39,437 bases of DNA from a virus (taxonomy: Duplodnaviria; Heunggongvirae; Uroviricota; Caudoviricetes). Shown here in pieces: positions 15,923-26,329 of the stretch (positions within the stretch are counted from its first letter, which is position 1; the number at the start of each line of letters is the position of its first letter). Position numbers and translations under genes: made by a program. The notes below the pieces were generated by a model that was not told the DNA's origin, did no database searches, and saw nothing but the letters and a program-made list of their open reading frames with translations. The stretch is taken from the IMG/VR virus record IMGVR_UViG_2687453623_000006, one strand, 5' to 3'.

Positions 15923-17442
15923 CGGAGCTGCCGCCGCACATTCCTGACACCGCGAGTTATAAGGCCCCTCCCGTTCTGTTGCCCTACCAGCAGCGCTGGG
16001 TGGCAGATGCCTCTCCGCTTAAGGTGATAGAAAAGAGCCGTCGTACCGGTATTACATGGGCTGAGGCATCCGATAACGTACTGACCGCCGCCTCTTCTGC
16101 GCCAGCAGGCGGGATGAATGTGTATTACATCGCTTATAACCAGGACATGACCGTCGAATACATTCAGGCGTGTGCGATGTGGGCACGGGCATTCAACTAT
16201 GCGGCCAGTGAAATTGAAGAAGGATTCTGGGAAGAGGACGACGACGACAAACACATCAGGACTTACACCATCAAATTTCCTGACTCCGGCTTTCGTATTG
16301 TTGCGCTCTCCAGCCGCCCGTCTAACCTGCGTGGCCGTCAGGGTATTATTGTTATCGACGAAGCGGCGTTCCATGAGCAACTGGACGAACTGCTGAAAGC
16401 GGCGCTGGCGATGCTTATCTGGGGGGGAAAGGTACGCGTTATCTCCACCCATGACGGTGACGACAATCCGTTCAATACGCTTATCGGGGATATCCGTGCC
16501 GGACGTCAGGGAGGCAGCGTACATCGCATCACTTTCCGGGAAGCCGTATCTGAGGGGCTGTTCCGGCGCGTTTGTCTGCGCACCGGGAAGGAATGGTCGG
16601 AGGCATCCGAGCAGGCCTGGATGGCGTCGGTGTACAAATTCTACGGTGCCGGTGCATCCGAAGAGCTTGACTGTATTCCGGCCAACGGTGGCGGTGCCTG
16701 GCTGTCCCGAGCCCTGATAGAGTCCCGCATGTCCGCTGATACGCCGGTATTGCGTCTGACCTGCAAGGAAGGTTATGAACTGCTGTCTGATGAGGTTCGC
16801 TTCCGCGAGACGCAGGACTGGCTTGATGAGCATCTGAAACCATTACTGGAGGCGCTCCCCGCTGGTGCCCGCTCTTTTCTGGGGCGTGACTTTGGCCGTA
16901 GCGGGGATTTGTCGGTGGACTACCCGTTGTTGCAGGAGAAGAACCTGATACGACGCGTGCCATTCGTACTGGAGTTGCGTAACGTGCCGTTCAGGCAGCA
17001 GGAGCAAATCACCTGGTATCTGATGGATGGCCTGCCCGGTCTGCTGGGTGCAGCGTTTGATGCCCGTGGTAATGGTGCCTATCTGGCTGAATACGCCATG
17101 CAGCGCTACGGCTCCGGCCGGGTTCAGCAGGTGATGCCAACCGAAGGCTGGTACCGGGAGCATATGCCTCCGGTCAAAGCTGCACTGGAAGACGGTAACC
17201 TGGTGGACTTACCAAAGGATGAAGACACACTGGATGACCTGCGGGCCGTTCAGGTGGTGAACGGTGTCCCCCGCGTGCCGGAGCAACGCTCAAAAGCAAA
17301 GGCTGATGGTGGTAAACGTCACGGGGATTCAGCCATCGCACTGGCGCTGGCGTATTTCGCCAGCCGTGAAATTAACAAAGGGCCGGTGAAGGCAAGCTCA
17401 CGCCGTCGTCGTCAGGCGGCCCGTATGCTGGAGGGATTCTGA
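15919..17442 (+). CDS. terminase large subunit (Mu gp28-like)
   Basis: 507 aa; ATPase Walker B-like GIIVIDEAAF; followed directly by the portal gene; start overlaps upstream stop. Confidence 0.8.
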   Translation: MTELPPHIPDTASYKAPPVLLPYQQRWVADASPLKVIEKSRRTGITWAEASDNVLTAASSAPAGGMNVYYIAYNQDMTVEYIQACAMWARAFNYAASEIEEGFWEEDDDDKHIRTYTIKFPDSGFRIVALSSRPSNLRGRQGIIVIDEAAFHEQLDELLKAALAMLIWGGKVRVISTHDGDDNPFNTLIGDIRAGRQGGSVHRITFREAVSEGLFRRVCLRTGKEWSEASEQAWMASVYKFYGAGASEELDCIPANGGGAWLSRALIESRMSADTPVLRLTCKEGYELLSDEVRFRETQDWLDEHLKPLLEALPAGARSFLGRDFGRSGDLSVDYPLLQEKNLIRRVPFVLELRNVPFRQQEQITWYLMDGLPGLLGAAFDARGNGAYLAEYAMQRYGSGRVQQVMPTEGWYREHMPPVKAALEDGNLVDLPKDEDTLDDLRAVQVVNGVPRVPEQRSKAKADGGKRHGDSAIALALAYFASREINKGPVKASSRRRRQAARMLEGF

Positions 17443-18938
17443 TGGCGAGGGGTATCTGGGTTTCACCCGATGAATTTGTTGCTTTTTCTGAGCCTCAGAA
17501 ATCACTGACCGCGCAGATTGCCTCCCGCAGCCGCGCGATCGACTTTTACGGACTGGGCATGTATCTGCCCAATCCTGATCCCATTCTCAAGGCTCAGGGA
17601 CGGGATATCCGTATCTACCGCGAACTGCGCACCGACCCGCTGGTCGGGGGCTGTATCCGCAGACGTAAAGCAGCGCTCAAATCACTGGAGCGTGGACTGG
17701 AGCGCGGTCACGCTTCTGCCCGGGTCTTCCGTTTCATCCGCGACATGCTCGACGATCTGGATCTGTCCCGCATCATCGGTGAGATGAGTGATGCCGTGCT
17801 CTACGGGTATCAGCCCTGTGAAATCATGTGGGGCCGTTCGGTCAGGGCGTGGGCAGTGACGGATATTGTCGGCAAACCGCCTGAGTGGTTTCAGTTTGAT
17901 ACGGACAACTGCCTGCGCTTCCGGGCGCGTGATGCGGGTGTGGAGGGTGAGCTGCTGTCACCGTCAAAATTCGTGGTGCCGGCACAGGATGCCTCGTATG
18001 ACAATCCTTACGGTTTCCCGGACCTGTCCATGTGCTTCTGGCCGGTCGCCTTCAAGAAAGGCGGGATGAAATTCTGGCTCCGCTTTGCCGAAAAGTTTGG
18101 CTCCCCGTGGGTGATCGGTAAGCACCCGAGGGGTGCAAATGATGCAGAGATTGAAAAACTGCTGGACTCCATGGAGCAGATGGTGGAGGACGCGGTGGCC
18201 GCCATCCCCGATGACAGCAGCATCGAACTCAAAGCCGCGGATGGTAAGGCGGACAGCAGCGAGGTATTCCGCGAGCTGATCACACTGTCACGCAGTGAGA
18301 TCTCCATTGCATTACTTGGTCAGAATCAGACCACGGAAGCGAACAGTAACAAGGCCTCTGCACAGGCCGGGCTGGAGGTAACGGCTGATATCCGCGATGC
18401 GGATGCGGACATCATTCAGGCAGCAGTGAATCAGGTTATCAGAACGGTGGTCACCCTGAACTTCGGCGATGTGCCGTGTCCGGTCTGGGCCATGTGGGAA
18501 CAGGAGGCCATTGATGACACCCGTGCCACCCGCGACGAAAAACTCACCCGGGCGGGTCTGCGTCTGACCCCGCAGTACTTTAAGCGTGAGTACCAGCTGC
18601 AGGACGGCGATATTGACGAGACACCACCGTCGGAACGCCAGAATAACATGCTGCCGCTGTCATTTGCCGAGGCGATTGATGCCGATATTCAGGCTCAGCA
18701 GCAGCTTGACGACGCGCTGGACATTCTGATGAACGGAGGTGTGTTAAATGGCACGCTGGAACCCGTCCTGGCACCTCTGTTTAAGCGGGTCGAAAACGGG
18801 GTTAACCCGTCTGAGCTGCTGGGCGAACTGGCGGAGCTCTACCCTCAGATGAACACGGACGATCTGCAGGAACGGCTGGCCCGCATTCTCTTTGTGGCAA
18901 ATATCCGGGGACGTCTGCATGAGCGTGACAACGGCTGA
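17442..18938 (+). CDS. portal protein (Mu gp29-like)
   Basis: 498 aa; position between terminase and Mu F-like gene; ATG overlaps terminase stop (TGATG). Confidence 0.8.
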   Translation: MARGIWVSPDEFVAFSEPQKSLTAQIASRSRAIDFYGLGMYLPNPDPILKAQGRDIRIYRELRTDPLVGGCIRRRKAALKSLERGLERGHASARVFRFIRDMLDDLDLSRIIGEMSDAVLYGYQPCEIMWGRSVRAWAVTDIVGKPPEWFQFDTDNCLRFRARDAGVEGELLSPSKFVVPAQDASYDNPYGFPDLSMCFWPVAFKKGGMKFWLRFAEKFGSPWVIGKHPRGANDAEIEKLLDSMEQMVEDAVAAIPDDSSIELKAADGKADSSEVFRELITLSRSEISIALLGQNQTTEANSNKASAQAGLEVTADIRDADADIIQAAVNQVIRTVVTLNFGDVPCPVWAMWEQEAIDDTRATRDEKLTRAGLRLTPQYFKREYQLQDGDIDETPPSERQNNMLPLSFAEAIDADIQAQQQLDDALDILMNGGVLNGTLEPVLAPLFKRVENGVNPSELLGELAELYPQMNTDDLQERLARILFVANIRGRLHERDNG

Positions 18939-19740
18939 ACTGGCGTACTGCATGACGCTTCCCCCGAAGCGGGCAGTCAGTTACCTGAAGTCCAAAGGGT
19001 ATCAGATTACCTGGGACTGGGAAGAAATGTGGCAGGAAGCCCATGCCCGCGCCTTTACCGTCGCTAAAGTGACCCGCCTGGATATTCTGGAAGATATTCG
19101 CGGGGCACTGCAGCAGGCTGTCGATGAAGGAAAAACCGATCGCTGGTTCCGGCAGGAGCTGGAGCCGGTGCTGAAGCGTAAGGGATGGTGGGGACCACGT
19201 GACACGACTGACCCGGTAACGGGTGAGCCGGTCACCATTCAGCAGGGCAGCCCGTGGCGGCTCGACACCATCTTTCGCACCAATATGTCCGTACTCTACA
19301 GCGCCGGTCGTTGGGCGGAGCAGATGGAAAACGTCGACGACAGGCCGTACTGGATGTATACCGGCATCAACGACAGCCATACCCGCAGGAGCCATCTGGC
19401 GCTGCATGGTCTGGTGCTGCGCTGGGATGACCCGTTCTGGCAGGCATTTTACCCGCCGAACGGCTGGCGCTGCCGCTGTAGTGTGATTGCCCTGAGTGCG
19501 GCGGATGTCCGTGCCCGTGGCCTGAAGGTTATCAGCTCCGGCTCTGCCATGGGCCAGGAACTGAAACTGGTCTCAGAGAAAACCGGCGAAATGCGGAACG
19601 TGGCCACCTTTAATACCGGCACCACGAAGGTGACCACCGACGTCGGCTGGTCTTATGCACCGGGGGCAGCATACCGTCCCGACCTGGCCCGCTATCAGGG
19701 TACGCTTCAGCCACTGGCACAACAGGAACTGAGAGGATAA
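18919..19740 (+). CDS. head morphogenesis protein (Mu F / gp30-like)
   Basis: ORF 18892..19740; preferred ATG 18919; synteny after portal. Confidence 0.65.
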   Translation: MSVTTAELAYCMTLPPKRAVSYLKSKGYQITWDWEEMWQEAHARAFTVAKVTRLDILEDIRGALQQAVDEGKTDRWFRQELEPVLKRKGWWGPRDTTDPVTGEPVTIQQGSPWRLDTIFRTNMSVLYSAGRWAEQMENVDDRPYWMYTGINDSHTRRSHLALHGLVLRWDDPFWQAFYPPNGWRCRCSVIALSAADVRARGLKVISSGSAMGQELKLVSEKTGEMRNVATFNTGTTKVTTDVGWSYAPGAAYRPDLARYQGTLQPLAQQELRG

Positions 19741-19742
19741 CA

Positions 19743-20201
19743 ATGGCTTCCGATAACCTGGTCAGTATCACCATTAACGATAAGTCCCTGCGCCGGAGCC
19801 TCCGTGCGCTGGATCTTGCTGCCACAGACCTGGAGCCCGCGATGCGCAAAATCGCCGGAACCCTGCTGGCGGAAACACAGTTTAACTTTCTTGATGAGGG
19901 GCGTCCGGGGTGGATGCCCTCGCTGGCAGCGGAAGAACGTGACGGGCAGACACTGCAGGATACCGGGCGTCTGATGGGGTCAGTATCAACCGACCATGAC
20001 GACCGGCAGGCTGTTGTGGGGACCAACGTTGTTTACGGTGCCATTCACCAGTTCGGGGGTAAAACGGGGCGTAATGAGTCTGTTGAACTTCCGGCCCGCC
20101 CGTTCCTGCCGGTGACGGGGGATGGAGAACTACAGCCTGAAGTGGTAATCCCCATCCTCGATACCATTGTCCGCCATCTTGAATCAGCGGCCCGTCGCTG
20201 A
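19743..20201 (+). CDS. virion morphogenesis protein (Mu G-like)
   Basis: 152 aa; synteny between F-like and I-like genes. Confidence 0.6.
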   Translation: MASDNLVSITINDKSLRRSLRALDLAATDLEPAMRKIAGTLLAETQFNFLDEGRPGWMPSLAAEERDGQTLQDTGRLMGSVSTDHDDRQAVVGTNVVYGAIHQFGGKTGRNESVELPARPFLPVTGDGELQPEVVIPILDTIVRHLESAARR

Positions 20202-20415
20202 GTTTTCTCTCTTCAGGCGGGTGATTTATCATTGCCAGCGAATGAGGGGCTGTATTACCTTTATAAAGGCTTTACAGCCTCTGTTTTATAACCGCCTCCG
20301 GTTCACCGCATTGCTTTCCCTGTCCTTCTCCCCTGATGTTTTCTAAAGCAGATTAAAATCGCCGGGCCTGCATTTCTCACAAACTGTCTCCGACAACATA
20401 ACGCGGGACAGCAAA

Positions 20416-21531
20416 ATGTCAGCCATTCACATTTTTAAAGCCGGTACTCATACCGATATGCACGGCAAAAAACTGCCGTTCACGCCAGACGATCTTGCCG
20501 CCTGCGTGAAAGCCTATGACCCGTCCGTCCATGAAGCACCACTCGTGATTGGTCATCCCAGAACGGAAGACCCGGCGTGGGGCTGGGTGAAAGCCCTGTC
20601 GCTCAGCGGCGTCGATCTGATGGCAGAGCCTGCCCAGCTGGACCCGCAGTTTGCTGAGATGGTCACCGACGGACGATTCAAAAAAGTGTCCGCCTCTTTC
20701 TACCTCCCGGATTCACCGTCCAATCCGAAGCCCGGCGTGCTCTACCTTCGCCATGTGGGCTTTCTCGGGGCACAGCCACCTTCCGTCAAGGGGCTGAAAC
20801 AGGTGTCCTTCAGTGAGCAGGAAGAAGGTGTGGTGGAGTTCGCCGACTGGCAGGCCATCACGAATGCCTCCCTGTGGGGAAAGCTGCGCGATTTTCTGAT
20901 CTCCCGCTTCAGTCTGGACGAGGCAGAAAAAGTCCTGCCGGAATGGCAGCTCAACAGTCTGCGCGAAGAGGCGTACCGCGACACACTGTCGCAGGATGCA
21001 GCAGGTGCACAATTCAGTGAGACAGGCCCGGGGCCGTCTTCCGCAAGTAACGAGGAATCATCGATGACAAAAGAAGAGATTGAAGCCCTTCAGGAGGAGA
21101 ACCGCCGCCTGAAGCAGCAGGCTGCTGATCGCGATGCGCGTGATGCACAGGTCAGACAGGAGCAACTGCATAAGGACAATGTGGCCTTTGCAGAAAAACT
21201 GGTCGCAGAGGGCCGTCTGGCTCCCCGCGCCTCCTCCGTGGTGGTTGCCCTGCTGGATGCCGTCGCCGGTGGCGACAAGCCGGTGGAGTTTGCTGAGGGG
21301 GAAAGCCGCACACCGCTGGCCACCGCCTTTCGTTCATTGCTCTCCGACGGGGAGCCGGTGATGAATTTCGCCGAACAGGCCACAAAAGAGCGTGTCGGCG
21401 ACACGGTGAAGGTGGATGTGGCAGAGTTTGCGGAAGCCGATCCTGAGCGTCTGGCCCTGCATCAGAAAGCAGTGGCCCTGTCCAAAAAAGAAGGCATCAG
21501 CTATGAGGCTGCTGTCGCACGCTGCCTGTAA
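20416..21531 (+). CDS. head maturation protease / scaffold (Mu I-like)
   Basis: 371 aa; precedes major head gene; C-terminal acidic coiled-coil scaffold-like region; long upstream intergenic gap consistent with a late promoter. Confidence 0.7.
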   Translation: MSAIHIFKAGTHTDMHGKKLPFTPDDLAACVKAYDPSVHEAPLVIGHPRTEDPAWGWVKALSLSGVDLMAEPAQLDPQFAEMVTDGRFKKVSASFYLPDSPSNPKPGVLYLRHVGFLGAQPPSVKGLKQVSFSEQEEGVVEFADWQAITNASLWGKLRDFLISRFSLDEAEKVLPEWQLNSLREEAYRDTLSQDAAGAQFSETGPGPSSASNEESSMTKEEIEALQEENRRLKQQAADRDARDAQVRQEQLHKDNVAFAEKLVAEGRLAPRASSVVVALLDAVAGGDKPVEFAEGESRTPLATAFRSLLSDGEPVMNFAEQATKERVGDTVKVDVAEFAEADPERLALHQKAVALSKKEGISYEAAVARCL

Positions 21532-21545
21532 TTTAAGGAGAGAGC

Positions 21546-22499
21546 ATGTCTGATTACTTAAAAGGTAAACGTGTCGTTGATCCGGTACTGACCAGTATCG
21601 CCCGTGGCTATAAAAATGCCGCATTCATCGGCGAACGTATTTTCCCCGTCGTGCTGACGGACAAGGAAGGCGTGCGTGTACCGACCTTCGGGAAAACCGC
21701 CTTTGTGGAATATGACACCGAGCGTGCCGTCGGGGCGGACAGCAATGTTCTGGTCCGTGAAAAAACAGGCACGCTGGACCTGGTGCTGGGTGAACACGAT
21801 CTGGCTGCGCCGGTGGACTATCGCGAGCAGGCGGAGTCCATGTTTAACGAAGAGAGCAAGGCCATCCGTCGCGCCACGAATGGCGTGAACCTGCGCCGTG
21901 AACTTATCGCTGCCCGTCTGGCTCAGGATGAAAAGGTCTACCGTACCGGGCACGTCAAAAAACTGACAGCCAGTGATCGCTGGGCCGGTGGTAAGGGGGA
22001 CCCCATCGGGGTGATTGAAGCCGGTATGGAAGCGGTCCGTACGGCCACGGGGCTGCGTCCTAACCTGATGACCATGGGGGCCGGCGTGATGGCGCTGCTG
22101 AAGTTCCACCCGGCGATTCAGGCCGCCATCGGAGCCAACGAACGCAAGCGCATCACCACAGAAATCCTGCAGGACCTCTTTCAGATCGAAGAGATCGTCA
22201 TCGGTGCCCCAGTCTCCCTGCCGTCCATGAAAGCGGCAATGGATAAGAACAGCGTGCCGGCGGATATCTGGGGAGACAATCTGATGCTGCACTATGTCGG
22301 CAAACCGCAGCCGGGGGCGGACAGCGCGGACGAGAACGAGCCGTCCTTCGGCTACACCCTGCGTCGTAAGGGGATGCCTGTTGCCGACAAATACGACGGA
22401 GCCGGTGGCAAGGTGAAGTACTGCCGTTATACCGATATCTACAAAGTCGCCGTGGTTGGTGGCGATGCCGGGTATCTCATTACCGGTATCAGTAAATAA
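21546..22499 (+). CDS. major head subunit (Mu T-like)
   Basis: 317 aa; strong RBS AAGGAGAGAGC; synteny after I. Confidence 0.75.
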   Translation: MSDYLKGKRVVDPVLTSIARGYKNAAFIGERIFPVVLTDKEGVRVPTFGKTAFVEYDTERAVGADSNVLVREKTGTLDLVLGEHDLAAPVDYREQAESMFNEESKAIRRATNGVNLRRELIAARLAQDEKVYRTGHVKKLTASDRWAGGKGDPIGVIEAGMEAVRTATGLRPNLMTMGAGVMALLKFHPAIQAAIGANERKRITTEILQDLFQIEEIVIGAPVSLPSMKAAMDKNSVPADIWGDNLMLHYVGKPQPGADSADENEPSFGYTLRRKGMPVADKYDGAGGKVKYCRYTDIYKVAVVGGDAGYLITGISK

Positions 22500-22508
22500 G
22501 GAGGCGTT

Positions 22509-22847
22509 ATGGGAACCACTCAGCAGGTCATTCTGATCACAACCGTAACGGCAGGGGCAGCACTGGCACAGCAGCGTTTTGTCGGGGCAGATAATACCCC
22601 CTGTAAAGCCGGTGCCGCAGCGCTCGGGGTTGCCGAAGTGGATGCTGTTACCGGCGACAGCACGCCGGTGTGCGTTCTGGGCATTATTGCTGTCGAGGCC
22701 GGGGCCGCTGTCAGCCGTGGTGTGGCTGTTCAGTCAGATGCTCAGGCCAGAGCCGTGCCGCAGTCCGGCGACGGTAAATCCTGTGGTATTGCACTTGATG
22801 AAGCCGGGGGTGAAGGCGACGTCATTCGTATCCTGCGCGGGGTGTGA
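22509..22847 (+). CDS. DUF2190-like small head-associated protein
   Basis: 112 aa Gly/Ala/Val-rich protein immediately after major capsid gene. Confidence 0.5.
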   Translation: MGTTQQVILITTVTAGAALAQQRFVGADNTPCKAGAAALGVAEVDAVTGDSTPVCVLGIIAVEAGAAVSRGVAVQSDAQARAVPQSGDGKSCGIALDEAGGEGDVIRILRGV

Positions 22848-22848
22848 C

Positions 22849-23295
22849 ATGTACTGCACCCTGGAGGATTTGCTTGCGCAGGTGCCGGAGCGGACGCTTA
22901 TCGAGCTCACCAGTGAAGAGATGGACTTCGACTCACCTGCAACAGTGAATACCCGTGTGGTGGACAGCTGTATCCGCTATGCCGACGAGCTGATTGATGC
23001 CCATCTGCGCGGACGCTATATCCTGCCACTGGCAGAGATACCGACTGTTCTGCGGGACATTGCCATCACGCTGGTCCGTTACCGGCTCTACGCCCGCCGC
23101 CCGGAAGGTGACCTCCCGGATACGGTGAAGGATGACCACAAAGAAGCGCTGCGGCAACTCAGGGAGTTACGTGATAACAGGCTCACGCTGGGGCTGCCGT
23201 CCACTCAGAAAGATGTGCCTGAGCCTGGCGAGTTTCGTGTACGCAGTCGCCCGGCTACTTTCGGCGGTCGTGACGGTTTACTGGAGAAATACTGA
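22849..23295 (+). CDS. Mu gp36-like protein (DUF1320)
   Basis: Preferred start ATG 22849 right after the upstream stop (track ORF begins 22579 and overlaps); N-terminus MYCTLEDLLAQVPERTLIELT. Confidence 0.6.
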   Translation: MYCTLEDLLAQVPERTLIELTSEEMDFDSPATVNTRVVDSCIRYADELIDAHLRGRYILPLAEIPTVLRDIAITLVRYRLYARRPEGDLPDTVKDDHKEALRQLRELRDNRLTLGLPSTQKDVPEPGEFRVRSRPATFGGRDGLLEKY

Positions 23296-23759
23296 TGAAC
23301 GTTCTGCCCGTCCTTGATGCGGTACTGGCCCGGTTACGCGAGAAGCTGCCGCAACTGCAGGTGGAGTACTTCCCGGAGAAACCGGCTGAATATCGCCTGA
23401 ACCATCCGGTTGGCGCGTTGCTGTTGAGCTATGCCGGTTCGCGCTTTGACAGGCCGGATGATACCGGTGCGGTGATCCAGTCTCAGACTATCCAGCTCTG
23501 CGTCACGGTGGTCTTCCGCCAGCTCAACGGTAAAAAAGGGGCGATTAATGTCCTGGATGCTGTCCGCCGCATTCTCGGTGGCCACACCCCGCCCGGCTGC
23601 CGCCGCCGTATCTGGCTGACCCGCGAGGTGTTTATCGGTGAAGTCAGGGGGCTGTGGCAGTACGCCCTCGACTTCGCGACTGAAAGCGTCTTTATCGAAG
23701 ACAGCGATTTACCGTCCGGCCCGCTGTTAACCGAAGTGAACTATGAGGAAAGCGAGTGA
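23295..23759 (+). CDS. Mu gp37-like protein (DUF1834)
   Basis: 154 aa; synteny; ATG overlaps upstream stop. Confidence 0.5.
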   Translation: MNVLPVLDAVLARLREKLPQLQVEYFPEKPAEYRLNHPVGALLLSYAGSRFDRPDDTGAVIQSQTIQLCVTVVFRQLNGKKGAINVLDAVRRILGGHTPPGCRRRIWLTREVFIGEVRGLWQYALDFATESVFIEDSDLPSGPLLTEVNYEESE

Positions 23760-24010
23760 TGAAAGAATACCGCTATTCCGGCCCGGCCAGCGGCGTCACG
23801 CTGTCGGACGGAACCGAAATCCTGCTCTGGCCGGGGAAGACGGTTTCCCTGCCGGAGGAGCATGACTACGTGAAGGTACTGGTGGCGCTGAAACATCTGA
23901 CGCCGGTACCTGAAGAGACTAAACCCGCCGGCACACCGGCTGTGCAGTCACCAAAGCGCAGAAGCAGCAGTGACAGCGAAGTGAAAACGGAGGACACCCA
24001 TGGCAGCTAA
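23756..24010 (+). CDS. small hypothetical protein preceding tail sheath (Mu gp38-like)
   Basis: 84 aa; translational coupling on both sides. Confidence 0.4.
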   Translation: MMKEYRYSGPASGVTLSDGTEILLWPGKTVSLPEEHDYVKVLVALKHLTPVPEETKPAGTPAVQSPKRRSSSDSEVKTEDTHGS

Positions 24011-25427
24011 CTATCTGCATGGTCCCGAAACCATTGAGGTGGAAAACGGTGCCCGCCCGGTTAAAACGGTGAAATCTGCCGTTATTGGCCTGATTGGTAC
24101 CGCCCCGATGGGGGATGTCAATACGCTGGTACAGTGCCTGTCTGAGAAAGACGCAGCGGCATTTGGCAGCCAGTTCACCGGCTTTACCATTCCGCAGGCG
24201 CTGGATGCGATTTATGACCATGGTGCAGGCACCGTTCTGGTCATTAACGTCCTCGACCCGGCGAAACATAAAACGGCGATCGAGGATGAGGTGGTTACCT
24301 TTGACAAATCGACAGGGCAGGCCAGACTGGCGCATCCGGTTGTCGCTAATGTGGTGGTGAAAAACAGTGAAGGCAGCACCACCCACACGGCGAACACGGA
24401 CTACCGTGTTGATGCGCAGGCGGGTGTGCTCACGAACCTGGGCAAGGCTATTGAGGCCGGTGGCAGCGTGAAGGTGAGCTATGAGTACGCGGACCCGTCG
24501 AAGGTGACTGCGGCGGACATCATCGGCGGGGTGAACAGCGCCGGAAACCGAACCGGCATGAAGCTGCTTAACGACAGCTTCAACCTGTACGGCTATTTCG
24601 CCAAAATTCTGATTGCGCCGGTGTTCTGCACCCAGAAGAGTGTCGCAGTTGAGCTTATCGCCATGGCAGAGAAGCTGGGCGCGGTAACCTACATTGATGC
24701 GCCTGTCGGTACCACCTTTGCACAGGCTCTGGCAGGTCGTGGCCCGGAAGGCACCATCAACTTCAATACCAGCTCCGACCGCGTCCGTCTGTGCTATCCG
24801 CATGTGAAGGTATATGACCCGGTGACAAACACAGAGCGTCTGGAGCCGCTCAGCCAGCGTGCAGCAGGTCTGCGTGCCAGAGTCGATCTGGACAAGGGCT
24901 ACTGGTGGTCATCCTCCAATCAGGAGATTCTGGGGATCACCGGCGTGGAGCGCCAGCTGTCCGCGATGATTGATGACCCGCAGAGTGAGGTGAACCTGCT
25001 TAACGAACAGGGGATCACCACGGTATTCAGCAGTTACGGCAGCGGCCTTCGTCTGTGGGGTAACCGGACGGCAGCATGGCCAACGGTCACCCATATGCGT
25101 AACTTTGAGAACGTTCGCCGCACCGGTGATGTGATCAACGAGTCCATTCGTTATTTCAGCCAGCAGTACATCGACATGCCGATTACTCAGGCGCTGATTG
25201 ATGCACTGACGGAGTCGGTCAACGCCTACGGTCGCAAAATGACTGGTGATGGTGCGGTACTGGGCTTCCGTTGCTGGTTTGATCCGGCCCGCAATCCGGA
25301 GACGGAGCTGGCCGCCGGGCACCTGTTGCTGAGCTACAAATATACGCCACCACCGCCGCTGGAGCGACTGACGTTTGAGACTGAGATCACCTCGGAATAC
25401 CTGTTAACCCTGAAAGGGGGCAACTGA
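24000..25427 (+). CDS. contractile tail sheath protein (Mu L-like)
   Basis: 475 aa; immediately followed by tail tube gene. Confidence 0.8.
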   Translation: MAANYLHGPETIEVENGARPVKTVKSAVIGLIGTAPMGDVNTLVQCLSEKDAAAFGSQFTGFTIPQALDAIYDHGAGTVLVINVLDPAKHKTAIEDEVVTFDKSTGQARLAHPVVANVVVKNSEGSTTHTANTDYRVDAQAGVLTNLGKAIEAGGSVKVSYEYADPSKVTAADIIGGVNSAGNRTGMKLLNDSFNLYGYFAKILIAPVFCTQKSVAVELIAMAEKLGAVTYIDAPVGTTFAQALAGRGPEGTINFNTSSDRVRLCYPHVKVYDPVTNTERLEPLSQRAAGLRARVDLDKGYWWSSSNQEILGITGVERQLSAMIDDPQSEVNLLNEQGITTVFSSYGSGLRLWGNRTAAWPTVTHMRNFENVRRTGDVINESIRYFSQQYIDMPITQALIDALTESVNAYGRKMTGDGAVLGFRCWFDPARNPETELAAGHLLLSYKYTPPPPLERLTFETEITSEYLLTLKGGN

Positions 25428-25948
25428 TGTCAAAGATTGAGATAAACCGCATCACGAATGCCAACATCTATCTGGATGGTACTAACCTGCTGGGACGGGC
25501 TGAGGAAGTCAAACTCCCCGATGTCTCCATGATTATGCAGGAACACAAGGCGCTGGGGATGGTGGGTAAGGTGGAACTCCCGGCTGGTTTTGACAAGCTG
25601 GAAGGCGAAATCAAATGGAACAGCTTTTACCGCGATGCGATGCTGTCTGCCGCGAACCCGTACAGGTCGCTGGCACTGCAGTGTCGTTCCAGCGTCCAGC
25701 GCTACAGCTCGCAGGGGCTGATTGACGAAATCCCGCTGGTCACCTTCCTGACGATTATGTTCAAGAAGAACCCGCTGGGGACGTTCAAACAGCACGAGAA
25801 CGCCGAGTTCTCCAGTAGCTTCACCTGCACGTATATCAGACAGGTACTGGATGGTGAAGAGCTGCTGCAACTGGACTATCTGGCCAACATCTTCCGGGTC
25901 GGCGGTGTTGATCAACTGACTGACTACCGTATCAATATCGGGGGCTGA
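25427..25948 (+). CDS. tail tube protein (Mu M-like)
   Basis: 173 aa; position after sheath; ATG overlaps sheath stop. Confidence 0.75.
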   Translation: MSKIEINRITNANIYLDGTNLLGRAEEVKLPDVSMIMQEHKALGMVGKVELPAGFDKLEGEIKWNSFYRDAMLSAANPYRSLALQCRSSVQRYSSQGLIDEIPLVTFLTIMFKKNPLGTFKQHENAEFSSSFTCTYIRQVLDGEELLQLDYLANIFRVGGVDQLTDYRINIGG

Positions 25949-25950
25949 CG

Positions 25951-26232
25951 GTGAGTGTTGAACTGACGGATAAAGGAGGACGATGTGCGGCACTGGGCAT
26001 GTCAAATGGTACGTGGTTTACCCTCCTTGATATTCCGGGGGTGGAAACCCTTTTTAATACCCGTAAAACCAATGACCCGATTGACTGCACACGTTCAAAG
26101 GCCCGCAAACTGGCGGATTTGATTGAAGCATGGGAGCCTCCCGACCACTGGTTCTCCGGCATCGGCAAATCTGAGGGAAAGACGCTTCTCATCGCTTTCC
26201 TGCGTAACTGCAAGGGGTTTCGCACTTGCTGA
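25951..26232 (+). CDS. hypothetical protein (93 aa, GTG start) between tube and tail chaperone
   Basis: ORF starting GTG 3 bp after the tube stop; Cys-containing; no recognisable motif. Confidence 0.3.
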   Translation: MSVELTDKGGRCAALGMSNGTWFTLLDIPGVETLFNTRKTNDPIDCTRSKARKLADLIEAWEPPDHWFSGIGKSEGKTLLIAFLRNCKGFRTC

Positions 26233-26329
26233 CATCACAGGGGCTCCGGCCCCTTCTTCTTAATCTCCTTTAATATCCGTCACGCGCTTCTCCCGACATA
26301 CTGCCCTGAACTTACACAGGAGCACAATC

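Noticed and set aside
15796-16833. 345-aa minus-strand ORF antisense to the terminase large subunit
   Set aside because: Completely overlaps a core structural gene in an operon of translationally coupled plus-strand genes; composition is Arg/Gly/Pro-biased as expected for antisense of GC-rich coding sequence.
21558-22292. 244-aa minus-strand ORF antisense to the major head gene
   Set aside because: Same reasoning: antisense to a conserved capsid gene, no independent start signals.
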